Below, one piece after another: positions 48,531 to 56,639 of a DNA stretch of 64,000 bases. The translations under genes and the position numbers were made by a program. The stretch lies in the NCBI GenBank assembly GCA_049287045.1, contig JBAQFC010000011.1, positions 23,058 through 87,057 on the forward strand, in the 5' to 3' direction. The notes below the pieces were generated by a model that had not been told where the DNA came from, made no database searches, and worked only from the letters and a program-made list of their open reading frames with translations. Origin of the DNA: Minisyncoccia bacterium. Lineage in GTDB: Bacteria > Patescibacteriota > Minisyncoccia > Phycocordibacterales > UBA9973. Every line of letters starts with the position of its first letter. Within the stretch, counting starts at the first letter, position 1.

Positions 48531-48551
48531 CCCACATGTCCGACATGTGGG
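48531..48551. repeat. Terminator-type palindrome CCCACATGTCCGACATGTGGG (copy 1)
   Basis: An identical 21-nt core recurs at 49456-49476. Confidence 0.7.
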
Positions 48552-48668
48552 AATTTATGTGTGTTTGCATATTACCGATATTTCTTGCATAAAATATACT
48601 TTTATTGTAAAGTAATAAAAATTCAGAATTTAAATACAGTATAAATCGTTCCTAAAAAACAAAATAAC

Positions 48669-49439
48669 ATGAAAAAATTAATCCTCAAAAAAGCAGCTTA
48701 CTGCTTAGTAATTTGTAGCTTGGTTTTCACAACCTCAGCGTTGACTGGAAATTACAAACAAATTTGTTTATTGTCATATATTGCTATTTTTGTTCTAGCG
48801 AGTATCTCTATTGTTCGTTTCCTTAAAACAGAGAGAAAACTTAGTTTATTATACAAAAGACAAGAAAGTAGTATCTGGCTGCTAAATCAAAAAGAGTTGG
48901 GAAGGATAGAAATAAAAATTGAAAATCCAACAATTGACGGAGTAATTTTGCTAATTATTGGAATATTTTTTGAAGGACTACTTACTTATAATTTTTTTCC
49001 TTCACTAGCAGATAATAGTAATTTAAATCAGCTATTTGGTGTCGGATTTATTATCGTTGGTATAGTCCTCTTTTTTTGTCTCTTCGCTTTATCCTTTTGG
49101 TCATCTGTTTTTAATCACCTAAGTTTTGAAATAAAAACATACGGATTAACTTCCAAAGAAGTTGAAAAGTTGGTTAAGAGTGATTTTTTGGAAAGGGCAA
49201 AAAAAGAAAAATTCAAGTTTGAATATGTTAGCTTTTTTTATATTGAAAAAGCCGACAATCAATCTGAAAACAATATTGATGTTCCAAGCCCCAGAGTAAT
49301 AGCTAATTTTTTTAGAGAACATCGAAAGCTACTGGAAATTAATTTCAGTAATTTCCTTGAAAAAAAGAACGTAGAAAATGAAAACAAGATCAAAGATGAG
49401 AAAAAATTAGAAAAAATCGCTAGTTATCTAACAGATTAA
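48669..49439 (+). CDS. Membrane hypothetical protein
   Basis: 256 aa with several transmembrane segments; flanked by two copies of the same palindromic terminator. Confidence 0.4.
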   Translation: MKKLILKKAAYCLVICSLVFTTSALTGNYKQICLLSYIAIFVLASISIVRFLKTERKLSLLYKRQESSIWLLNQKELGRIEIKIENPTIDGVILLIIGIFFEGLLTYNFFPSLADNSNLNQLFGVGFIIVGIVLFFCLFALSFWSSVFNHLSFEIKTYGLTSKEVEKLVKSDFLERAKKEKFKFEYVSFFYIEKADNQSENNIDVPSPRVIANFFREHRKLLEINFSNFLEKKNVENENKIKDEKKLEKIASYLTD

Positions 49440-49452
49440 TTAAAATGCAAAA

Positions 49453-49485
49453 TCCCCACATGTCCGACATGTGGGGATTTTTTTA
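49453..49485. terminator. Bidirectional terminator (palindrome copy 2) between the 48669 gene and cca
   Basis: atccccacatg-tccga-catgtggggat followed by TTTTTTT. Confidence 0.65.
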
Positions 49486-51177
49486 TTTCTTTACTCCATG
49501 TTTCTCGTGTAACTTTGCAACCTCCTCTTCTTCTAATTCTTCCTTTTTTTCTTTCGCTTTTTCACCTAAACTCCTTAATTCTTTATCAGATAGTTTATCC
49601 AACTCCAGAACTCTGTCCTTTAGGATACTAACTTCATTCTTTGTTGGATCTTCCAATACCTCTTCCAATAAAGCATTTAAAATCCAACCCATTCTTGGTC
49701 CGGGTTTCATGCCTATGTCCTTTATCATAAACTCTCCATTTATTTTTAGCTGTCCGACAGATATCGGATCATGCAGAGCTTCTTCTATCATTCCAAAATA
49801 TTTTCGCAAACGATAAGGTGCTTCTTTCTTTTTCATTCCTACCCTATCACACTCACGGACATTCATCAGATACCAAATGTTTTCCACACCCACCTTTGCA
49901 ATAATTCTTCTCACAGCTGAAAGTGTTATTTGTTCCGTATCTGAGAAAAACATATGACTACGAACAAGTTTCTCAACAAGCTCAATTTCCTTTTTTGGGA
50001 ACTTCATTCTTTCCATGATTACCTTTGCCATTCTTGCACCGACAACTTCATGTCCATAAAAAGTATATTTTCCTTTTCCACCTGCTTTCGTAGCATCATA
50101 TCTGCGAGTTCGAGGTTTACCAATATCATGAAAGAGTGCAGTCAGTCTTATTTCTAAAGGCCAATTTTTATCTGCCGCATGTTGGAGAGCGTGCAATAAA
50201 TGATCCCAGACATCATAAATATGTTCTCCTAGTTGTTCACAACCTATTCCCTCCTCTAGTTCAGGAATAATGTTTTTCAACAATCCAAACTTTTGAAGCA
50301 TTACAACACCACTAGCAGGAGTTGCAGACATAATAATTTTTACAAACTCATTATTGATTCGTTCCTGTGAAACCTCTTTTATAAGGTTCGCATTTTTAAA
50401 TATACTTTCTGATGTTTCATGAGAAACAGTGAAACCGAGTTGCACACTAAAACGAACAGCTCGGAGCATTCTGAGAGCATCCTCTTGGAAACGATCATCG
50501 GGACTCCCTACGGTTCTCAATACTTTGGAATTGATGTCCTTTAGACCGTCAAATAGATCAATCAGATGTCCTTTAGACTCCTCACCTGATGCTGAAGGTC
50601 GAAAAGCTAGAGCATTAATAGTAAAATCACGTCTTTTTAAGTCGTCCTCTAGCTTATCGCTAAACTTTACATCATCTGGATGTCTGAAGTCACTATATTT
50701 TGATTCAATTCTATATGGTGTAACCTCAATAATCTCGTATTTTGTTTCACGTTTAACATATTCTTCAGTTTCACAGGTAACGTTATCTCTTGTTTCACGA
50801 TTAACGTCTTTTCTTTCCTCCTCTCTTTTATAAGGAGAGGATTGAGGTGAGGTTCTTATTGTTTCACGATTAACCTCCTCAGTTGTTTCATGGGAAACGT
50901 TATTCCTTAGAACACACACCCCAACAGTACCAAAGGTATTCTCATACACAGTTTTCTCGAACAAGGCAATTATTTGCTCTGGTTTAGCATTTGTCGTCAC
51001 ATCCCAATCCTTTGGTGTTCTATTCCCCTCTGTTTCACTTAAAACCTGAGACATCACAAGATCACGGACACAGCCACCGACAAGGTATGCTTCGAAACCA
51101 GCTTTCTCTAAAGTTTCAGTTACATATGAAACTTCTTTGGGTATTTTTGTTATTATATTTTTTATAAGTGTTTCCAC
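49483..51177 (-). CDS. cca: CCA-adding enzyme / tRNA nucleotidyltransferase with HD domain and an internal repeat insertion
   Basis: Pol-beta NTase head (GGCVRD…) and an HD domain (HDIGK). The start is probably GTG at 51177, because the ORF-track start at 51243 lies inside tRNA-Gly. A roughly 70-aa insertion (…VSHET…VNRET…VNRET…VTCET…VKRET…) is encoded by degenerate gtttcacg(a/t)ttaac repeats at about 50740-50900. Confidence 0.8.
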   Translation of the reverse strand: METLIKNIITKIPKEVSYVTETLEKAGFEAYLVGGCVRDLVMSQVLSETEGNRTPKDWDVTTNAKPEQIIALFEKTVYENTFGTVGVCVLRNNVSHETTEEVNRETIRTSPQSSPYKREEERKDVNRETRDNVTCETEEYVKRETKYEIIEVTPYRIESKYSDFRHPDDVKFSDKLEDDLKRRDFTINALAFRPSASGEESKGHLIDLFDGLKDINSKVLRTVGSPDDRFQEDALRMLRAVRFSVQLGFTVSHETSESIFKNANLIKEVSQERINNEFVKIIMSATPASGVVMLQKFGLLKNIIPELEEGIGCEQLGEHIYDVWDHLLHALQHAADKNWPLEIRLTALFHDIGKPRTRRYDATKAGGKGKYTFYGHEVVGARMAKVIMERMKFPKKEIELVEKLVRSHMFFSDTEQITLSAVRRIIAKVGVENIWYLMNVRECDRVGMKKKEAPYRLRKYFGMIEEALHDPISVGQLKINGEFMIKDIGMKPGPRMGWILNALLEEVLEDPTKNEVSILKDRVLELDKLSDKELRSLGEKAKEKKEELEEEEVAKLHEKHGVKK

Positions 51178-51186
51178 TAAATTTAG

Positions 51187-51257
51187 TGCGGCTAGGGAGA
51201 ATCGAACTCCCGTCTCATCCTTGGCAAGGACGTGTTCTACCACTAAACCATAGCCGC
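51187..51257 (-). tRNA. tRNA-Gly (GCC)
   Basis: 71 nt; acceptor stem GCGGCUA/UAGCCGC, anticodon loop UUGCCAA, T-loop GGGAGUUCGAUUCUCCC. Confidence 0.85.
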
Positions 51258-51319
51258 AGTAGTTAACTACTAATATTTTATTAAACCTACCACCAGGGCT
51301 TTTATGACACGATAAACCC

Positions 51320-51343
51320 CTAAACCATAACCGCAGTAGTTAA
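51320..51343. repeat. 24-nt direct repeat of the tRNA-Gly 5' end plus flank (ctaaaccataRccgcagtagttaa)
   Basis: It matches 51242-51265, which spans the tRNA-Gly 5' boundary, with one mismatch. Confidence 0.6.
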
Positions 51344-51480
51344 TCTTTATAATTTAAATAACTTTACTAACAAAAACTATTATAATATTTTTTATACCAG
51401 AATGCAATTTATACAAGCTTATCTATTACAAAAATAATAACTTTGTTTAAATCAAATAATTTTGTATAATTGTCCTTAAT

Positions 51481-51552
51481 GCACCCGTAGTGAAATGGAT
51501 ATCATGCCTGCCTTCGAAGCAGTTGTTCCAGGTTCGAATCCTGGCGGGTGCA
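51481..51552 (+). tRNA. tRNA-Arg (UCG), tentative anticodon assignment
   Basis: 72 nt; acceptor stem GCACCCG/CGGGUGC, T-arm CCAGGUUCGAAUCCUGG, anticodon loop CUUCGAA; there is one C-U mismatch at the base of the anticodon stem. Confidence 0.6.
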
Positions 51553-51733
51553 CACTAAAATGCCAAAAGTTACATCCCCTTTTAATTAAAGATATTATAC
51601 TAAAAACTGTGGATAACTATGTGTGTAATGTTTATAAGAGACATATATTGGACAAAAGTCAAAGGTGCTTTTTATTAAAAATAGCTATATAAATATGGAT
51701 ATTATATTAAAGGACACAAAATATACTAAAATA

Positions 51734-51747
51734 GTTTCACGTGAAAC
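51734..51747. promoter_or_regulatory. Perfect palindrome GTTTCACGTGAAAC upstream of the YraN-like gene
   Basis: GTTTC-N4-GAAAC-type palindromes also occur at 50414-50427 and 50885-50898 inside cca. Confidence 0.35.
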
Positions 51748-51782
51748 ATTTTTAGTTATGTTATACATGAAACACCATTAAA

Positions 51783-52190
51783 ATGCCCAAGGTTTTCACT
51801 TCTGAAAAACAAAAAACAGGGGAAATAGGTGAGAACATTGCCTGCAGGTTTCTTTCAAAACACGGTTTTTCAATCATCGATCGAAATTACACAAAGAAAT
51901 GGGGAGAAATAGATATTGTTGCTAGAAAAACCGGAAAGTTATACTTTATTGAAGTAAAATCTGTTTCTAGGAATTTAACCTCTGTTTCACAAAGAACATT
52001 AGACGAATATCAACCAGAAGATAACATGCATCCTTGGAAACTAAAACGTTTATCAAGAACCATTCAAACCTATCTAGTTTCTAAGAAAATACCAGAAGAA
52101 ATGGAATGGCAAGTTGATTTATTGGTTATTTTCCTAGATCTAAAGGACAAAAAAGCTAAAGTTAAGGTTGTAAATGACATAATTTTATGA
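51783..52190 (+). CDS. YraN/UPF0102-family endonuclease-like protein
   Basis: 135 aa with GEIGENIACRFL…GEIDIVARK…YFIEVKS motifs. Confidence 0.65.
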   Translation: MPKVFTSEKQKTGEIGENIACRFLSKHGFSIIDRNYTKKWGEIDIVARKTGKLYFIEVKSVSRNLTSVSQRTLDEYQPEDNMHPWKLKRLSRTIQTYLVSKKIPEEMEWQVDLLVIFLDLKDKKAKVKVVNDIIL

Positions 52191-52203
52191 TATAATCTCA
52201 TGT

Positions 52204-52659
52204 ATGACAGAAAAAGGAGGGACATTTGGAATAGATGGAGGTGGTTATAAAAAGATTGCTACAAATTCACTAAGTGCAAACAAAGTGGATTCTCAACCAG
52301 AGAATCCAAGCAAATTAAACCCTGCAATTGAAGCAAAAATGGAACATTGGAAAGAAATGGTATTAGAAAAATGGAATATTTTTCATGACAATAAAAGTGA
52401 AGAAAAAAATGTTACTGATTGTAAAATTGAAAAAAATAGTAAGATAAAAATCTTAAAATCAATTCTAGAAGATATTTCAGCATCACCTTCAAATAACGAA
52501 GGACAAGATGAAAGACAAAAGGAACTTTCTAGGTTCATGGATAAAATAGAAAAAATAGAAAAAAGTTCTACAGAAAAGGTCACGGATTTTTTAATAGAAA
52601 TCAAAGAAATAGAAGGGGTAAAAGACAGTATTCGTGATTTCTTTTTTAAGAATTTATAA
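52204..52659 (+). CDS. Hypothetical protein
   Basis: 151 aa, Lys/Glu-rich. Confidence 0.4.
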   Translation: MTEKGGTFGIDGGGYKKIATNSLSANKVDSQPENPSKLNPAIEAKMEHWKEMVLEKWNIFHDNKSEEKNVTDCKIEKNSKIKILKSILEDISASPSNNEGQDERQKELSRFMDKIEKIEKSSTEKVTDFLIEIKEIEGVKDSIRDFFFKNL

Positions 52660-52702
52660 ATCTTGTTATTTTGTTTGAATATGCTAAAATAAATAAGTTT
52701 TT

Positions 52703-52773
52703 CGGGCTGTAGTATACCGGTAGTACAAGTGCTTTGGGAGCATTTAGACTGGGTTCAATTCCCAGCAGCCCGA
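52703..52773 (+). tRNA. tRNA-Pro (UGG)
   Basis: 71 nt; acceptor stem CGGGCUG/CAGCCCG, anticodon loop UUUGGGA, T-arm CUGGGUUCAAUUCCCAG. Confidence 0.8.
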
Positions 52774-52774
52774 C

Positions 52775-52897
52775 ATAGGAGGGGAGCAGCGAGCAAATTT
52801 ATTTGCTCGTGTTGGGTATTGAAAGGCTTTTCCTTATTTAGCTTTGCTAAATGGAAAAGCACCTGGCTATGTAATAGCCAATTCCCAGCAGCCCGAC
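52775..52897 (+). other. 104-nt hairpin-rich insert bounded by a 19-nt direct repeat of the tRNA-Pro 3' end (att-like)
   Basis: caattcccagcagcccgac occurs at 52756-52774 (inside tRNA-Pro) and again at 52879-52897. The insert contains the hairpins gagcaaatttatttgctc, gcttttcc…ggaaaagc and ggctatgtaatagcc. Confidence 0.6.
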
Positions 52898-52901
52898 TAT
52901 T

Positions 52902-52972
52902 GCGGGATTAGTTTAATGGTAAAACGTCAGTTTTCCAAACTGAGGTTGGGAGTTCGATTCTCCCATCCCGCA
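52902..52972 (+). tRNA. tRNA-Gly (UCC)
   Basis: 71 nt; acceptor stem GCGGGAU/AUCCCGC, anticodon loop UUUCCAA, T-arm GGGAGUUCGAUUCUCCC; a terminator follows at 52982-53007. Confidence 0.85.
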
Positions 52973-53118
52973 CAGATAAAAAAGAGCAACTTTCGTTGCT
53001 CTTTTTTAGTTTTTATCTTGACTTTTTTTAAAAATACTCTATTGTATGTAAAGAACTACAGATAATCTAATATTAATCAGACAAGCTATATAAGGCTCGT
53101 TTACAAATAAATAAAAAA

Positions 53119-53658
53119 ATGAAAAAACAAACTTCACTTCGCCAAGTAAAAATTGGAGCTGGCAAATCAACACTTGTTTATGCATTCATTATGTTAATTG
53201 TTGCATTTGTTGCCTGGATATTTACTATTATTTTTTTCCCAATTTATTTTGATATCAGTGCTTTTTCCAATGAATCATTTAAAGTGATGTCACTTGTTGC
53301 AGTGCTTTTTGTTGTTATTTTGATACCAAGTGTTTTATTTTTATTTGGTTATTATAATAAAAAACTTCAATTGGAACATCTAAAAGGATTAATAGAAGAT
53401 GAAAAATCTCAAATTCGTCATTATAGAAATTCTATTGAACGTAATAACAAAGAAACAAAAGAAAGAATTAATAATGAAATGATTGAAAATAATCTTAGTT
53501 ACGAAACCACAAATCTAATCAATCAAAAATTGATTTCAAAAATTAAAGATTACCACGAAGTTATAAATACTGATGCCAAAATAAAAATTCTTACTAAGAT
53601 CACAAAACATGAAGAAATTCTCATAGGATTACATAAAACATTAAAATTATTTAACTAA
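53119..53658 (+). CDS. Membrane hypothetical protein
   Basis: 179 aa with two transmembrane helices followed by a charged coiled-coil tail. Confidence 0.4.
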   Translation: MKKQTSLRQVKIGAGKSTLVYAFIMLIVAFVAWIFTIIFFPIYFDISAFSNESFKVMSLVAVLFVVILIPSVLFLFGYYNKKLQLEHLKGLIEDEKSQIRHYRNSIERNNKETKERINNEMIENNLSYETTNLINQKLISKIKDYHEVINTDAKIKILTKITKHEEILIGLHKTLKLFN

Positions 53659-53765
53659 ATACACCCCTGCTTACCAATCAAATGGTTAGTGGGGTTTTTT
53701 GTTTATCTATTTAAATGTTATGATAATTCTATATTTGATAAAATTCCAGATAATTATATTTTATT

Positions 53766-55148
53766 ATGCCAAAAAAACACGAAAAAAGTAATATAGAAAA
53801 AATATTTGAAGAACCAGCAGAACTTCTAGAAGAGGGAATTGAATTCCTTAAAAAGGAAGAAAAAATAATTGTTAACAAGAAACCTTTCAAGCTAGCAGAA
53901 GAATACTGGAACACCTTAGGTCCTGGGCTTGTCACAGGAGCGTCAGACGACGATCCATCAGGAATAGCGACATATTCTCAAGCAGGAGCTCAATATGGAC
54001 CACAGCTTCTTTGGCTCTCATGGTTTACTTTTCCTCTTATGGCAGTAGTCCAGGAAATGTGTGCTCGTATCGGAGTTGTGACAGGACATGGACTTGCAGC
54101 AAATATCCGCCATAATTATCCGAAATGGACACTTTATTTAATTACCTCGCTTCTTTTTATTGCTAACACGTTCAACATCGGAGCTGATTTAGGGGTAATG
54201 GCAAAAGGTGTGCAACTTGTATTGCCCAATGCTAATTTTGTTTTTCTCATTATTGGTCTAGGTACAGTAAGCTTGTTACTTCAAATTTTTACTACCTACG
54301 CTAGATATGCTAAATATTTAAAATATTTAGCTTTTGTTTTACTTGCTTACATCTTCTCCGCATTAATGAGCCACATGAATTGGTCTGAAATTCTTAAACA
54401 CTCATTTATCCCTTCTATTACATTCAGTAAAGACCAAATTTTTCTAATCTGTGCTATTTTAGGAACAACAATCTCTCCTTATTTATTCTTTTGGCAAACA
54501 TCACAAGAAGTAGAAGAACAAAATCTTAAAGGAAGAGAGAATGAAGCCAATTGGCATCAACCTGTTTTCAAAAAAGAAATCCGACATATCCGTTCCGATG
54601 TGTGGAGTGGAATGTTTTTTTCAAATCTTGTTATGTTTTTTATCATCGCGGCTTGTGCTAGTACTCTATTCACAAATGGAATAACTAACATAACATCAGC
54701 AGCTGATGCTGCTCTCGCTCTACGCCCACTCGCAGGGGACTTTGCGTTCTTTTTATTTGCAATTGGTATCGTTGGTACAGGAATGCTTGCAATACCAGTA
54801 CTTGCTGGATCTACCTCATATGCAATCTCTGAGAGTTTCGGATGGAAACATGGTTTATACCGTAAACTAAAAGAAGCTTATTCTTTTTATGGCGTCATAA
54901 TAGTATCAATAATAATCGGAATTGGTTTGAACTTTATTGGATTAGATCCAATAAAAACCTTGATATACTCAGCTGTTGCAAATGGCATCATTGCTCCTGT
55001 TATTTTATTCTTTATAATTAGAATCAGTAACAACAAAGAGGTTATGGGGCATTACAAAAATAATAAGACTGCATCAACTATCGGATGGATGACTATTGGG
55101 CTTATGGCTGTTTCAGGAATTGCCGCTATTGTTACTTTGTTTTTATAA
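53766..55148 (+). CDS. mntH: NRAMP-family divalent metal transporter
   Basis: 460 aa; GPGLVTGASDDDPSGIATYSQAGAQYG is the Nramp signature. Confidence 0.85.
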   Translation: MPKKHEKSNIEKIFEEPAELLEEGIEFLKKEEKIIVNKKPFKLAEEYWNTLGPGLVTGASDDDPSGIATYSQAGAQYGPQLLWLSWFTFPLMAVVQEMCARIGVVTGHGLAANIRHNYPKWTLYLITSLLFIANTFNIGADLGVMAKGVQLVLPNANFVFLIIGLGTVSLLLQIFTTYARYAKYLKYLAFVLLAYIFSALMSHMNWSEILKHSFIPSITFSKDQIFLICAILGTTISPYLFFWQTSQEVEEQNLKGRENEANWHQPVFKKEIRHIRSDVWSGMFFSNLVMFFIIAACASTLFTNGITNITSAADAALALRPLAGDFAFFLFAIGIVGTGMLAIPVLAGSTSYAISESFGWKHGLYRKLKEAYSFYGVIIVSIIIGIGLNFIGLDPIKTLIYSAVANGIIAPVILFFIIRISNNKEVMGHYKNNKTASTIGWMTIGLMAVSGIAAIVTLFL

Positions 55149-55161
55149 ATAACAAAAACTA

Positions 55162-55190
55162 AAAGCCCCCGACATAGTCGGGGGCTTTTA
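55162..55190. terminator. Bidirectional terminator
   Basis: aaaagcccccgacatagtcgggggctttt. Confidence 0.6.
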
Positions 55191-55202
55191 GTTTATTTTA
55201 AT

Positions 55203-56279
55203 TTACTTCTTCCAAGACCAATCAACTCCTGGGTTTCTTGCACCACGAACCTCGAAGTGGATATGTGGGCCAGTTGAGTGTCCTGTTGAACCAACATAAC
55301 CAATGACTTGTCCCTGTATAACATTTTGTCCTACAGAAGTTCCAATTTTTGATTGGTGCGCATAATAAGTTTCTGTTCCGTTTGGATGCTTAATAATAAC
55401 TAACCCACCAAAACCTCCATTTGAATATCTACTTTTAGTACCTGCTTTTGCAAAGATAACAGTACCAGAAGCTGCAGCATAGATAGGTGTACCTGTTGGT
55501 GCTCCTATATCGATAGCTCTACCTTTATCGTGAAGCCCTTGGGTTTTATGACCTGTAGGTACTGGGTTTATATAATATCCAGAAGCATTCTTCACAGGAT
55601 TTTTAATATAATAATCCTGGTCTTTCTTTGCACTTATTTCTAAGTTAGGTGCAGGTTTATCGCTCTCGCTGATTATTTCAGCATCAGGAATGATAAGTTC
55701 TTGTCCTATCACTAAATCTGAGTCTAAAGTTACATCATTCACAGCAATAATATCTGACACATCTGCATTATATTTTTTAGCAATCTTTTTCAAGGTATCT
55801 CCTTTAATAACAACATGATTAACTCCATCTATCGGTAAAATCAAAAGGATATCACCTTCCACAAGCTTTTCGCCTTTCTTCATATCATTCGCCCAAAGAA
55901 TAGTATTTATTGAAACATCAAACATTTTTGCTACAGCTGCGACAGTGTCTCCTTTTCTAACAACATAAACACTTGTATCTTCAGAAGAAAGATCAGCGGA
56001 ATCGGTACTATCAGAAACACCCATTAATCCTGTTGAAGGGACAAGGGCACTATCAGAAAGAATGTTAACATTGGCGTTGTCTTTTATTTCATCATCCTTA
56101 CTTGTTTTGGCCTGAAAATCCAAAGCAGAGGAAGCGTTGGCTTGTAGGAGGACCATATTTTGAGAATTATTTATTTTAGTAGAATCTGGAACCTCTTCTT
56201 CAGCAGAAGCGTTAATCCCGAAGATTGAGGAGAAAAAACCCGCCTGAGCTTGGACTGGCACAGAAAAGGCCCCAAACAC
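55203..56279 (-). CDS. LysM-domain M23 metallopeptidase (murein endopeptidase-like)
   Basis: 358 aa with two LysM repeats (YVVRKGDTVAAVAK…, HVVIKGDTLKKIAKK…) and a C-terminal M23 domain (HxxxD…GSTGHSTGPHIHFE). Confidence 0.8.
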   Translation of the reverse strand: MFGAFSVPVQAQAGFFSSIFGINASAEEEVPDSTKINNSQNMVLLQANASSALDFQAKTSKDDEIKDNANVNILSDSALVPSTGLMGVSDSTDSADLSSEDTSVYVVRKGDTVAAVAKMFDVSINTILWANDMKKGEKLVEGDILLILPIDGVNHVVIKGDTLKKIAKKYNADVSDIIAVNDVTLDSDLVIGQELIIPDAEIISESDKPAPNLEISAKKDQDYYIKNPVKNASGYYINPVPTGHKTQGLHDKGRAIDIGAPTGTPIYAAASGTVIFAKAGTKSRYSNGGFGGLVIIKHPNGTETYYAHQSKIGTSVGQNVIQGQVIGYVGSTGHSTGPHIHFEVRGARNPGVDWSWKK

Positions 56280-56542
56280 AAGGGAAAACGCTAAAAACAG
56301 GCTATAGATTTTTATTTGAGGTTTTATGAGATAAACTAATTACCGCAAGAATTCCTTTTCTAGCCTTTTAAAATAAGGGTAGAAATTACAGGACGACCAA
56401 TAGTACTGCAAACAAAGGTTCTCACGATGGTTACTGTCTTTTATCTGTGTTCGGTCAACTTATTTCCCGCTTCTATTCAGAGCTATACCTAAATGGTAGC
56501 GTGATAGGGGTCAAAAGTCAACCCATTTGTGGAAAACTCCTA

Positions 56543-56571
56543 TTGACAAAATACCTAAAAATACATACAAT
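56543..56571 (+). promoter_or_regulatory. Consensus-like promoter TTGACA-N17-TACAAT
   Basis: -35 box at 56543-56548 and -10 box at 56566-56571, about 70 nt upstream of the 56640 ORF. Confidence 0.5.
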
Positions 56572-56639
56572 TTAGTGAGTTAAAGAGCAATTTTTTATCG
56601 AAATTAGTAAAAAAAGAGCAAAGACTTTATAATAAAATT

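Noticed and set aside
51178-51243. ORF-track start of cca at 51243
   Set aside because: It overlaps tRNA-Gly(GCC) (51187-51257) on the same strand. The likely start is GTG at 51177, which gives a normal-length N-terminus before GGCVRD.
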